This document shows positions 1 to 11,131 of a stretch of 37,096 nt of DNA, piece after piece. Numbering within the stretch: the stretch's first letter is position 1; each line of letters opens with the position of its first letter. The notes under the pieces were generated by a model. That model was not told the origin of the DNA. It made no database searches and saw nothing but the letters and a program-made list of their open reading frames with translations. The position numbers were made by a program, and so were the translations under genes. The stretch covers positions 29,179,533-29,216,628 of the forward strand of contig NC_069005.1 in the NCBI RefSeq assembly GCF_001194135.2, read 5' to 3'. The stretch is from Octopus bimaculoides. Its lineage: Eukaryota.

Positions 1-84
1 TCCCAAAATGTTTCTTTCGTCTGTTTAATACTGCAGAAAACTGACACTTAGTCCACAAAAGATTAGCTTCCTTTGAATTTGTGT

Positions 85-425
85 ATATGTGCGCATGCAT
101 GTGTGTTTGCACATGCACGTTTGGATGTATGTGTGTGTGTGTGCACAACGTTTGAGTGTGTATCTGCATTTGTGTGTATGTACATAAGTGTTTAAGTGTG
201 TGTGTGTGTTTGTGCATGTGAATTTGTGTGTGAGTTATGCGCATGTTTGGGTATGTGCATGTGTGTCCACATACGTTTGGGCATGTGCGTGCATTTGTGT
301 GTATATGCATAAGTGTTTGAGTATGTATGCGTTTGTGCATGTGAATTTTTGTGAGTGTGTGTACGCATGAGTGTGCGTGTGTTTGCACATGAGTGCGTGT
401 GTGTGTGTATGTGTAATTACATATA
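85..425. repeat. Degenerate (TG)n/(GT)n-rich tract in a Deltex intron
   Basis: Interrupted GT dinucleotide repeats with internal duplications. Confidence 0.85.
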
Positions 426-438
426 TGCTTACTTGCAG

Positions 439-570
439 ATATCACAAACATTTTGGTATCTCCAGCCATTCCAGTCCGGCTACCTCCAGGACAGATTCAC
501 CATGGTGCAGTGTCTGGTAGACCACAGACTCATGGACGCATCTCTCTTACCAAATCTTCAACGAAGTTAG
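439..570 (+). CDS. DTX: Deltex E3 ubiquitin ligase, internal coding exon (Pro/Ser-rich linker)
   Basis: ttgcag|AT acceptor and TTAG|gtaag donor. One frame is open (..ITNILVSPAIPVRLPPGQIHHGAVSGRPQTHGRISLTKSSTKL). Phase 1/1 joins in frame to the exon at 2262. Confidence 0.75.
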   Translation: MSQTFWYLQPFQSGYLQDRFTMVQCLVDHRLMDASLLPNLQRS

Positions 571-1208
571 GTAAGCAATTTGTCAATTAATTAGACTAAT
601 ATATTATTATCATCATTAACCCATTACCTCCCATAATTCTATTAACTGGAATTTTTTTTATGAAACTTTGATTTCTAGCATAAAACAGCCTTAGAAACAC
701 GCTGGAATGATCAAAATAACATTTCAAAATAACATTTTAAATAGAAATAAGCGAGATATTGGGTGAAAAATTAGCAGACTTCATTTGAATATCTGAGAAA
801 TATACCTAGTAGATATAGCAAAAAGGTTAGATATGTGTAAATATTGACAGATAATTACGAAATTTGTATGAGATCACTGGTAGGTAATGGGTTAAGGCGG
901 TGAGCTAGCAGAACCTCACCCCCTCCCCCAAGTTTCAGGCTTGGTACCTATTGCTGAAAAGATTATATTGGTAAACTAGCAGAATCATTAGCACACCAGG
1001 TGAAATGCTTTGCAGTATTTCATCAGCTGAGGCCAACTTTGCTTCTCATCCTGTCAGGGCCGATAAATTAAGTACCAGTGAAACACTGGGGTCGATGTAA
1101 TCAACTAGTTCCCTCTCCCAAAGTTTCAGGCCTTGTGCTTTTAGTAGAAAGGATTATGTCATTGATCCCTGGCTGGTGCATTGGCAGAATTGTGCCATAA
1201 AAATGCCT

Positions 1209-1470
1209 TCATCATCATCATCATCATCATCGTTTAACGTCCGCTTTCCATGCTAGCATGGGTTGGACGATTTGACTGAGGACTGGTGAACCGGATGGCT
1301 GCACCAGGCTCCAATCTGATTTGGCAGAGTTTCTACAGCTGGATGCCCTTCCTAATGCCAACCACTCCAAGAGTGTAGTGGGTGCTTTTTACGTGCCACC
1401 GGCACGAGGGCCAGTCAGGTGGTACTGGCAATGGCCATGCTCAAAATGGTGTTTTTTACATGCCACCTGC
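1209..1470 (-). mobile_element. RTE-LINE-derived 3' tail element with (ATG)n tail
   Basis: (CAT)n followed by cgtttaacgtccgctttccatgctagcatgggttggacg..., near-identical to copies at 23278, 29002 and 34527. Confidence 0.8.
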
Positions 1471-1873
1471 ACAAAAACTCTTTCTTCCATGCTGGCATGG
1501 GTTGGACTTAGCAGCATTTCATCTGTCTTTNNNNNNNNNNNNNNNNNNNNNNNNNNNNNNNNNNNNNNNNNNNNNNNNNNNNNNNNNNNNNNNNNNNNNN
1601 NNNNNNNNNNNNNNNNNNNNNNNNNNNNNNNNNNNNNNNNNNNNNNNNNNNNNNNNNNNNNNNNNNNNNNNNNNNNNNNNNNNNNNNNNNNNNNNNNNNN
1701 NNNNNNNNNNNNNNNNNNNNNNNNNNNNNNNNNNNNNNNNNNNNNNNNNNNNNNNNNNNNNNNNNNNNNNNNNNNNNNNNNNNNNNNNNNNNNNNNNNNN
1801 NNNNNNNNNNNNNNNNNNNNNNNNNNNNNNNNNNNNNNNNNNNNNNNNNNNNNNNNNNNNNNNNNNNNNNNNN

Positions 1874-2065
1874 AAGGACAGACAAACGGATTAAGTCGAT
1901 TATATCGACCCAGTGTGTAACTGGTACTTATTTAATCGACCCCAAAAGGATAAAAGGCAAAGTCGACCTCGACGGAATTTGAACTCAGAACATAGCGGCA
2001 GACGAAATACCGCTAAGCATTTCGCCCAGCGTTGCTAAGGTTTTTGCCGGCTCACCGCCTTTGAT
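1874..2065 (-). mobile_element. Second tRNA-derived SINE family
   Basis: ...aaaggcaaagtcgacctcgacggaatttgaactcagaac...ctaagcatttcgccc. Further copies near 893-1150 (+), 26200-26350, 30540-30755 and 34130-34240. Confidence 0.75.
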
Positions 2066-2261
2066 AGAATAACTATCGGTCAAGCACTGGGGTCAGTGTA
2101 ATCAGCTAACCTCTTCCTTTGAAATTTCAAGCCTTGTGCCTATAGTAGAAACGTTTATTACACAGCCATGTATTTTCACCGTTGTCTCACGCATTTCATT
2201 ACAAAACCACTCAACATACCAGATTAGTCTTTAACAGCTACAATGAACTATTTCATTCCAG

Positions 2262-2326
2262 GTCGGGGCGCTGCAGAGGTACTGAAGAATTATGTCAATA
2301 AAGTAGATCAACCACCAACAGAAGAG
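2262..2326 (+). CDS. DTX: Deltex coding exon immediately upstream of the RING
   Basis: ttccag|GT ... GAG|gtaag. Encodes (G)RGAAEVLKNYVNKVDQPPTEE, resembling the pre-RING segment of DTX1/2/4. Phase 1/0. Confidence 0.85.
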
Positions 2327-2507
2327 GTAAGGTTTTTTCTTTTTTTCCCTACCATTATGCCGAGAGGTGTCTTGTCCTAACTTCTGTCAAATTTCTCAAA
2401 TGTTTCATTTAGTTTTCACAAAAGGTCATATCTACTGTATTTTCTATACTTTATTGTCATCCTTTTCTCTTGATCAAACTCCCTAATCTGTCATCACAAT
2501 TCTTATT

Positions 2508-2830
2508 ATCATCATCATTTAACTTATGTTTTCTATGCTGGCATGGGTTGGACAGTTTGACAGGAGCCAACAGACCAGAGGACTGTGCAAAGCACTAATG
2601 TCTGCTCTGGCATGGTTTCTATAGCTGGATGCCTTTCCTGATGCCAACCACTTCACAGAGTGCCCTGGGTACTTTTTATGTGGCACCAGTGAAGTCACCA
2701 AGTAACCTGCAGGGCAAGACCCCTCAACTGAAGGAGGGCTGGGGTAATATTGTGGGAGGTGGCTTTGTCCTAGGAGATGAGGTTAGAGTATGATAGAGGG
2801 ACAGAAACAGGTGTCTTGCAGTAGAGAAAA
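2508..2830 (-). mobile_element. Older RTE-tail copy
   Basis: Diverged copy of the same family (gctggcatgggttggacagtttgacagg...gctggatgcctttcctgatgccaacc). Confidence 0.7.
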
Positions 2831-2914
2831 TATATTACGACTAAAAGAGGCAGAGATCAGACATTGAAGAGGCAAAGAACGACTCACACTTCCTCGTCCC
2901 CTGACAACCCTTAT

Positions 2915-3125
2915 CATCATCGTCATCATTTAATGTCCGTCTTCCATGCATGGGTAAGACCGTCAACAGGAGCTGGCCAGGTAGAAGACTACCCCCAGGC
3001 TACTGTGTCTGTTTTAGCATGATTTTTACAGCTGGATGCCCTTCCTAACCACCAACCACTCCACAGAGTGGGCTGAGTGTTTTTTACATAGTACCATTAC
3101 AGGCAAGGTCCCATGTGTTAAATGC
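2915..3125 (-). mobile_element. Older RTE-tail copy
   Basis: (CAT)n + tttaatgtccgtcttccatg...cagctggatgcccttcctaacc. Confidence 0.7.
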
Positions 3126-3385
3126 CTCCGGCTCTTCTATACAACCCTTGACCTGGACAGGCATCTATCTCAGCCACTTGCACCCTTCACACCCATCAGG
3201 ATAAAAAAAGGCTCAATCACACACTACAGTTCTACTACTTGGACATAAGTTAATGCTGACGATGACAATTTGGTGTCAAAATTTTCATCACACCAACTGC
3301 AACCTGGTTTCTAATTAAAATATTTTAATCTGCTATTATTCAATTTATTGACCAATGGGTTTTTTTTTCTTAATCTATTTTTCAG

Positions 3386-3526
3386 GATTGCTGTATCTGT
3401 TATGAGAAGATTGACCAGCCATCTGGCTATGGTGATGGCATTGATAAAGAATGTGTTAAATTAAAGAAATGTGGTCATTTCTTCCACAGATTATGTTTGT
3501 ATGCCATGTACAATAATGGACATAAG
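3386..3526 (+). CDS. DTX: Deltex RING-H2, N-terminal part
   Basis: tttcag|GAT ... AAG|gtaagt. Encodes DCCICYEKIDQPSGYGDGIDKECVKLKKCGHFFHRLCLYAMYNNGHK with C-x2-C...C-x-H-x2-H-x2-C spacing. Confidence 0.95.
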
Positions 3527-3590
3527 GTAAGTTGTTACTGTCTACAAATGTTTTTCTTATCCCTACTATTTTTTTAAAATTATTTCTTGT

Positions 3591-3668
3591 AGGCGCAGGC
3601 ATGACTGTGTGGTAAGAAGCTTGCTTCTCAACCACATGGTTCGGGGTTCAGTTCCACTGCATGGCACC
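3591..3668 (+). mobile_element. tRNA-derived SINE head
   Basis: aggcgcaggcatgactgtgtggtaagaagcttgc...gggttcagttccactgc, with A/B-box-like motifs. Multi-copy in this window. Confidence 0.75.
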
Positions 3669-4696
3669 GGTCTATCAAATGGATGGAGAGACAGAAACAG
3701 AAACACACACACAGATACATGCATATACAGGCACACACACACACACCATGAACCAGACATCAGATGTCCTCGCATTTCTTGTGCAGGTGTATAGCGTATC
3801 ACACAGTAGATATTGAAGTGAACGCAGAGCAATGTAAAATGAAGTGTTTGCACTCAAGAACACAACACACCACCCTGTCTGCAAATTGAAACCCTAATCT
3901 TGCAACTACGAGTACAACACTCTAATCACTGAGCCACACATTTACTCACTTCTGCTCCAATCAACTATTAACTAACATTTACTACCTGTATGTTTGCTCT
4001 GTCTTCTTTCTCCTTCCTCTTCATCATATCTCACTTTACAAATCCTGGGACCAATCCTTCCTTGCACTTTGCTCTTCTAAATGTATCCCACTGGAATTTT
4101 GTCACAGCTCATGTTTTCCCTTCAGATACCAACCGACAGAGCTTGAAGCTGAATAAAATAAGTATCATTGCTCTCCTCGGTTTTAAGAGAGGATGGCGAA
4201 AGAGGGTGGTCGTGGATATTATCAAAGCCTCCTTTTCACCAAAAAAAAAAAGCACATGCAAACAAAAGAGTCCCTTCCAAAATTTCAACACATCCTTGTG
4301 ACCTTTCTGTTCTCTTTAACCATTTTGTCCCCAATGGAATCTGTGTGTATGTTATGTAGGGTTGTTATTATTGTTTAGCCCTAGGTCTATGACCAGAAAG
4401 AGATTTTAGCTGTAACCATCCCATTTGTTTTGTTTTTCAAACATCTTACATAATGCAATTCTATATAAAATGTGTTGGGATTTTTTTTTTTTTTGAAGTA
4501 GAATGTAATTTGACGGTGATTTGACTTCTATTTCTAGAAAGTCAAGCAGCCATGTACAGACTTACTTGTGTGTGGAGTGGGAAGAAGTTGTTTGTGAGTG
4601 TATGTGGTGTTGATGAATCTATGTCTATGAGGGGGAAACTATGTACATATATATGTGTGTGTGTGTGAGACTGTATTTGTATGTGTGGAGAGATTA

Positions 4697-4734
<38 letters not shown>

Positions 4735-4817
4735 GTAGAGAAAGTAGAGGCTTTTTCTATCTTGTCATAAAATTATATCAACAGCCGTTTCACTCAACCG
4801 GTGTATATTTATTTTAG

Positions 4818-5069
4818 GATGATAGTATCCAGTGCCCGACCTGTAAGACCATATATGGTAAGAAACTTGGTAATTGTCCAGATGGTGATATGGACTACAT
4901 AACAATTCCAGAATCCCTACCGGGATATCAGAATACTGGAACCATCCGAATATTATACGACATCAAAGCTGGTATACAAGGTCCTGAACATCCCAATCCT
5001 GGTAAACGGTTTACAACCAAAGGATTTCCCAGGTGTTGTTATTTACCTGAGAACGAGAAAGGAAGAAAG
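4818..5069 (+). CDS. DTX: Deltex RING C-terminal end and first half of the Deltex C-terminal (DTC) domain
   Basis: ttttag|GAT ... AAG|gtaatg. Encodes DDSIQCPTCKTIYGKKLGNCPDGDM...GIQGPEHPNPGKRFTTKGFPRCCYLPENEKGRK, typical Deltex motifs. Phase 0/0. Confidence 0.96.
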
Positions 5070-5209
5070 GTAATGTGTGTGTGTTGTTTTCCTATGGTTA
5101 TTGAGTAAAGCAGCCAGTGGGCAAAACGGTCATCAGGTCGGTTGGGGATCAGGAGGTGTGAATCCGGGAACAGAGACTGCTACCAGGGATGGTGCTAACT
5201 GGACACAAG

Positions 5210-5250
<41 letters not shown>

Positions 5251-5710
5251 GCACAGAATTTTGTCAGTGAACAGGTCGCGGTCTCAAAGTGCCGAAAATA
5301 TTTTGACAAATTAAATTTAAATGTTGAAGTAAATCTAACGGTCTTTGTGTGTTTTTAAATGGCTTATAAACACCTTCCACGCTGCAATTGTTTTCGTTCC
5401 AGCACACTATCTCAGATCAGGTCACTTGCTATGCAAGTACATCTCCGTATATATATATATATATATATATNNNNNNNNNNNNNNNNNNNNNNNNNNNNNN
5501 NNNNNNNNNNNNNNNNNNNNNNNNNNNNNNNNNNNNNNNNNNNNNNNNNNNNNNNNNNNNNNNNNNNNNNNNNNNNNNNNNNNNNNNNNNNNNNNNNNNN
5601 NNNNNNNNNNNNNNNNNNNNNNNNNNNNNNNNNNNNNNNNNNNNNNNNNNNNNNNNNNNNNNNNNNNNNNNNNNNNNNNNNNNNNNNTTTTTTTTTTTTT
5701 TTTTTTGCAG

Positions 5711-5998
5711 GTTTTAAGTCTACTGATAAAAGCTTGGAAAAGACGTTTAATCTTTACAATCGGGACATCCACAACAACGGGGGAGGCCAACACGGTCACA
5801 TGGAATGAGATCCACCACAAAACAGAGCTATACACCAACTACACCGGACATGGTTACCCAGACCCTAACTACTTAGACAACGTGCTCCTCGAGTTGGCTG
5901 CACAGGGCGTCATTGACGATGGCTCCAGTGACGAAAGTGACTCAGAAATAAAAAGCTCTTCTCTGGACTCAGGTGTTGAAATGGCTGTTAGCAGTTAA
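5711..5998 (+). CDS. DTX: Deltex last coding exon (DTC domain second half and stop)
   Basis: poly-T + gcag acceptor. Encodes [39 protein letters not shown]...[22 protein letters not shown]..., TAA at 5996-5998. Confidence 0.97.
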   Translation, partial: VLSLLIKAWKRRLIFTIGTSTTTGEANTVTWNEIHHKTELYTNYTGHGYPDPNYLDNVLLELAAQGVIDDGSSDESDSEIKSSSLDSGVEMAVSS

Positions 5999-6802
5999 GT
6001 AGTGTGTCGTTAGTCACAACAGCACACTCTCAACACTCATAGATTTCAGTTTAATCAACGTATGTTATATATATTTTTTTTTATATAATTTTCCTATTCC
6101 TAAATTTTCCACTGCCCCCTCCCCCTCCTCCTCATTTCAATTAAATTTCTCCTTGTCTTGGTGACCAATGTTTTAGAGATTACTGTCCATCGAAGAAGTT
6201 TGATCTCGTTAAGCTGATTTAGTCTCTTTTCTTTTCATTTCCTCACTTTGGTGTAATAGTATCACTTCTCATTTTTTATAAAAGCACTATGCTGTTTCCT
6301 TTTCATATAACAGTGTTGTATTACAATAGCCTAAGTTTGTGTGTACATCTCTCGTAATACGACAGCATTAGGCTAGCCAAGAGGATCACATAAACTTCTC
6401 GTGTGTCCTTTTCTTTTTAGACATTAGGACGTGATTTGAGGGAAGTTTTAACTGTTATTTCTAGCATTCCTGTTAAACCACTTTAACCTCTTATTATCTC
6501 CCTTAGGTGGTGTACAAGTTTCCATTTAACGAAGCCCTACTAAGGCTTTTTTCTAGTCTGGTCGTATTAGGCTTAGCATATGCTGATGTGTGTACTTCTT
6601 ATAAAGGCCGTCTTCATATATTCAGCCTTTTTTTTTTCTTTTCTATTTTTTCCTTTTGTTATTTTCTTTTTTCTAAGCAGGCTGACATATTCTTACTGCT
6701 CTTGAATTTCCTCATTGTAGAGGGAAATATTTTTGAAAACAAAAAAATGAAAATCTAATCTGAAGGTGTGTCATTTCTTTTTTTTACCTGTGTAAATGCA
6801 AT

Positions 6803-6808
6803 ATTAAA
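6803..6808 (+). promoter_or_regulatory. Possible Deltex polyadenylation signal (ATTAAA)
   Basis: Variant PAS ~800 nt after the stop, followed by T-rich sequence. Motif only. Confidence 0.2.
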
Positions 6809-7741
6809 ATTTCATTAATCTCAGAGCTAAATCACACAAGCAAACGAACAAACCAGGAACAAAAATGATTTCTATAATTTTAGATTCCTTTTTTTTTTTT
6901 TCTTATAACAAACAGGCTGGCTACTTTCTGTATATATATCCACTTTGTTTCAGTCATTAGACTGTGGCCATACTGGGGCACCACTTAAAAAATTTTTTAG
7001 TTGAAGTAAGGCCTGGTACTTATTCTATCAGTCTCTCTTGCAAAACTGTTGAGTTATGGGAATGTAAACATACCAACACCAGTTGTTCAACAGTGGTGGG
7101 GAGCAAACACAGACATACACACACACACATATATATATACATGATAGGCATCTTTCAGTTTCCATCTACCACATTGACTCACAAGGCTTTGGTCAACCCA
7201 GGTACCATGTGGTGTGACTGAACTTGGAACCATGTGGCTGGGAAGCGAATTTCTTCCCACATGGCCTTTTAAGCACATTTAAAAAGAAATATATGTAATC
7301 ATGTGTGCATGCGTGCATTCTTTTACCAGTTCCAGCCCAAAACTGCGGCACCGCCGTTGTGTGTGTGTGTGTAATGGAACCCTTATCATAACTAGCCAAG
7401 TCAGAGAATGTTTCTGGTCTCATGGACTGTCACTTAAGCATCCAAGCATTGGGACGGTGTTTTGTGTTGCTGGGCAAAGACACTTTATCTCTGGAAAGTC
7501 TGATTTTTCCTAGCTGTTAATAAGTACCATGGAGAGGTACAGCAACAGTGACTTTGACTTCAAGGACATATCATTTCTTGGTCTTTGATGAGGTAAATGT
7601 GGGATTGGGTGAACCTCCCTTTCTGTAGAAATGACCAGCTCTTCAGCAGAAGCCCAATGGTCCAACATTTATAAGTAAGCATATCAGGATATTTTGCTTT
7701 TCTTTTTTTTTTTTTAATAGATTTGTTGGTGTATTTGTTGC

Positions 7742-7905
7742 TAGGTGCAGGCATGGCTATGGTTACGAAGTGTGTTTTGTAACCACAAGGTTTTGGGTTC
7801 AGTCCCATAGCATGGCACCTTCAGCAAGTGTCTTCTACTATATAACCTTTTGCTGGCTAATATCTTGTGAGTGAATTTGGTAGAAGAAAACTGAAGCTTG
7901 TAATG
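7742..7905 (+). mobile_element. tRNA-derived SINE, near full length
   Basis: ggtgcaggcatggct...gggttcagtccca...gcaagtgtcttctactata...ttgtgagtgaatttggtaga. Confidence 0.75.
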
Positions 7906-9438
7906 TGTATGTGTGTGTATATCTTGCCAATTGGTGTTGGTTTGTTAACATCCCTGTAACTTAGCAGTTTGGCAAAAGTAATCAATAGAACAAAGTACCA
8001 GACTTAAAAATCAGAACTGGGGTCCTGGAGTCACTTTGCTTAAAACCCATCGAGACAGTGCCCCAGCATGGCCGGAGTCAGACGACTGAAATGAAGTGTA
8101 GGTGGGAAGTAATTAATGTTGGCCCCTTTTTTTTTTTTTACCACACACACACAAACACCTTGTGATAAGTGTAGACAGATTGGTAATTTTTATTGAAATG
8201 TCTTTTTTGACATGATGCATCTTTCCCTCCTCCTCCTCCTCCTCCTCAAACTTGTTTCGTGGGAGTTTTTACTCTTTCAAGATACTTTTCTCTCTCATTT
8301 TCTACTTCTCACTGTTCCCACCACCATTCTCTCTCTCTCTCTCTCTCTCTCTTACAAAAAAAACCCTTTTTCTACTCTCTTTCTACATCTTAACTGACAT
8401 TAGATCCCTCTTCCACCAACAAGTCTACTTCTAACCCTTAATAATATAGGTTCACATTTTTGGCCTGGTCNNNNNNNNNNNNNNNNNNNNNNNNNNNNNN
8501 NNNNNNNNNNNNNNNNNNNNNNNNNNNNNNNNNNNNNNNNNNNNNNNNNNNNNNNNNNNNNNNNNNNNNNNNNNNNNNNNNNNNNNNNNNNNNNNNNNNN
8601 NNNNNNNNNNNNNNNNNNNNNNNNNNNNNNNNNNNNNNNNNNNNNNNNNNNNNNNNNNNNNNNNNNNNNNNNNNNNNNNNNNNNNNNNNNNNNNNNNNNN
8701 NNNNNNNNNNNNNNNNNNNNNNNNNNNNNNNNNNNNNNNNNNNNNNNNNNNNNNNNNNNNNNNNNNNNNNNNNNNNNNNNNNNNNNNNNNNNNNNNNNNN
8801 NNNNNNNNNNNNNNNNNNNNNNNNNNNNNNNNNNNNNNNNNNNNNNNNNNNNNNNNNNNNNNNNNNNNNNNNNNNNNNNNNNNNNNNNNNNNNNNNNNNN
8901 NNNNNNNNNNNNNNNNNNNNNNNNNNNNNNNNNNNNNNNNNNNNNNNNNNNNNNNNNNNNNNNNNNNNNNNNNNNNNNNNNNNNNNNNNNNNNNNNNNNN
9001 NNNNNNNNNNNNNNNNNNNNNNNNNNNNNNNNNNNNNNNNNNNNNNNNNNNNNNNNNNNNNNNNNNNNNNNNNNNNNNNNNNNNNNNNNNNNNNNNNNNN
9101 NNNNNNNNNNNNNNNNNNNNNNNNNNNNNNNNNNNNNNNNNNNNNNNNNNNNNNNNNNNNNNNNNNNNNNNNNNNNNNNNNNNNNNNNNNNNNNNNNNNN
9201 NNNNNNNNNNNNNNNNNNNNNNNNNNNNNNNNNNNNNNNNNNNNNNNNNNNNNNNNNNNNNNNNNNNNNNNNNNNNNNNNNNNNNNNNNNNNNNNNNNNN
9301 NNNNNNNNNNNNNNNNNNNNNNNNNNNNNNNNNNNNNNNNNNNNNNNNNNNNNNNNNNNNNNNNNNNNNNNNNNNNNNNNNNNNNNNNNNNNNNNNNNNN
9401 NNNNNNNNNNNNNNNNNNNNNNNNNNNNNNNNNNNNNN

Positions 9439-9486
<48 letters not shown>

Positions 9487-9487
<1 letters not shown>

Positions 9488-9630
9488 GGGCTTCTTTCAG
9501 TTTCTGTCTACCAAATCCACTCGCAAGGCTTTGGTCAGCCCGAGCCTGTACTAGAAGACACTAGCCCAAGGTGCAATACTGTAGGATTGAACCTGGAACA
9601 ATGTGGCTGGGAAGCAAGCTTCTTACCACT
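9487..9630 (-). mobile_element. tRNA-derived SINE
   Basis: Reverse complement of the same family, ending in a (CA)n tract. Confidence 0.7.
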
Positions 9631-9699
9631 CTTTCAAACAGAGATGTATTTCCCCATTATATATTATGCAGAACTGAAGTATACATAATAAATGCCTTC

Positions 9700-9870
9700 A
9701 TCATTATTTCACATCCGTTTTCCATGCCAGCATGGGTTGAAAGAACTTCACAGGGGTTGGCATGCTGGAGAGCTGCACCAGGCTCCAACTATGTTTTGGC
9801 ATGGTTTCTATGGCTGGATGCCCTTCCTAATGCCAAACACTTCAGAGTGTACAAGGTGTTTTTTTCGTGC
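9700..9870 (-). mobile_element. RTE-tail copy
   Basis: catccgttttccatgccagcatgggttg...gctggatgcccttcctaatgcc. Confidence 0.7.
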
Positions 9871-10039
9871 TATCATTACCAGTTTATATATTTATATATA
9901 TATATATGTGTGTATATATATATATATATGTATGTGTATATGTGTACGTATGTGTTTATGTATATATATGTGTATATATGCATAGACCAAGAAAGAGAGT
10001 TGGATAATATTGTGCATTATTGAACCATGGACAGAATCT

Positions 10040-11131
10040 CGCATATGTATATATGTATATATATTTATTTATATATATATATTTATATATGTATATATTT
10101 ATTTATATATATATATTTATATATGTATATATTTATTTATATATATATATTTATATATGTATATATTTATTTATATATGTATATATTTATTTATATATGT
10201 ATANNNNNNNNNNNNNNNNNNNNNNNNNNNNNNNNNNNNNNNNNNNNNNNNNNNNNNNNNNNNNNNNNNNNNNNNNNNNNNNNNNNNNNNNNNNNNNNNN
10301 NNNNNNNNNNNNNNNNNNNNNNNNNNNNNNNNNNNNNNNNNNNNNNNNNNNNNNNNNNNNNNNNNNNNNNNNNNNNNNNNNNNNNNNNNNNNNNNNNNNN
10401 NNNNNNNNNNNNNNNNNNNNNNNNNNNNNNNNNNNNNNNNNNNNNNNNNNNNNNNNNNNNNNNNNNNNNNNNNNNNNNNNNNNNNNNNNNNNNNNNNNNN
10501 NNNNNNNNNNNNNNNNNNNNNNNNNNNNNNNNNNNNNNNNNNNNNNNNNNNNNNNNNNNNNNNNNNNNNNNNNNNNNNNNNNNNNNNNNNNNNNNNNNNN
10601 NNNNNNNNNNNNNNNNNNNNNNNNNNNNNNNNNNNNNNNNNNNNNNNNNNNNNNNNNNNNNNNNNNNNNTATGTTTATATTTATATATATTTATTTATAT
10701 ATATATATTTATATATATATATTTATTTATATATATATATTTATATGTTTATATTTATATATATATATTTATATATGTTTATATTTATATATATATATTT
10801 ATGTTTATATTTATATATATATGTTTATATTTATATATATTTATTTATATATATTTATTTATATATATATATTTATATATGTTTATATTTATATATGTTT
10901 ATATTTATATATATTTATTTATTTATTTATATATATTTATTTATGTATATATTTATATATATATTTATTTATGTATATATTTATATATTTATTTATATTT
11001 ATTTATTTATTTATATATATATTTATTTATATATATATTTATTTATACATATATTTATATATATATATGTATATATATTTATACATATTTATATATATAT
11101 ATTTATATGTATATACATATTTATTTATTTA
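10040..11131. repeat. Complex AT-only array (TATA/TTTA/TATG mix)
   Basis: Directly visible and interrupted by gap 10204-10669. Confidence 0.95.

Noticed and set aside
355-570. Supplied ORF 355-570 as a coding region
   Set aside because: Wrong frame. The Deltex exon 439-570 is read in another frame that stays open across the splice.
5228-5260. ctgacaa on the - strand of the TA-flanked element as a decayed hammerhead
   Set aside because: No GAAA or cleavage triplet can be assigned.
5966-5995. Canonical beta-TrCP degron in the Deltex tail
   Set aside because: DSGVEM lacks the second Ser at the required spacing, so it is kept only as a partial resemblance.
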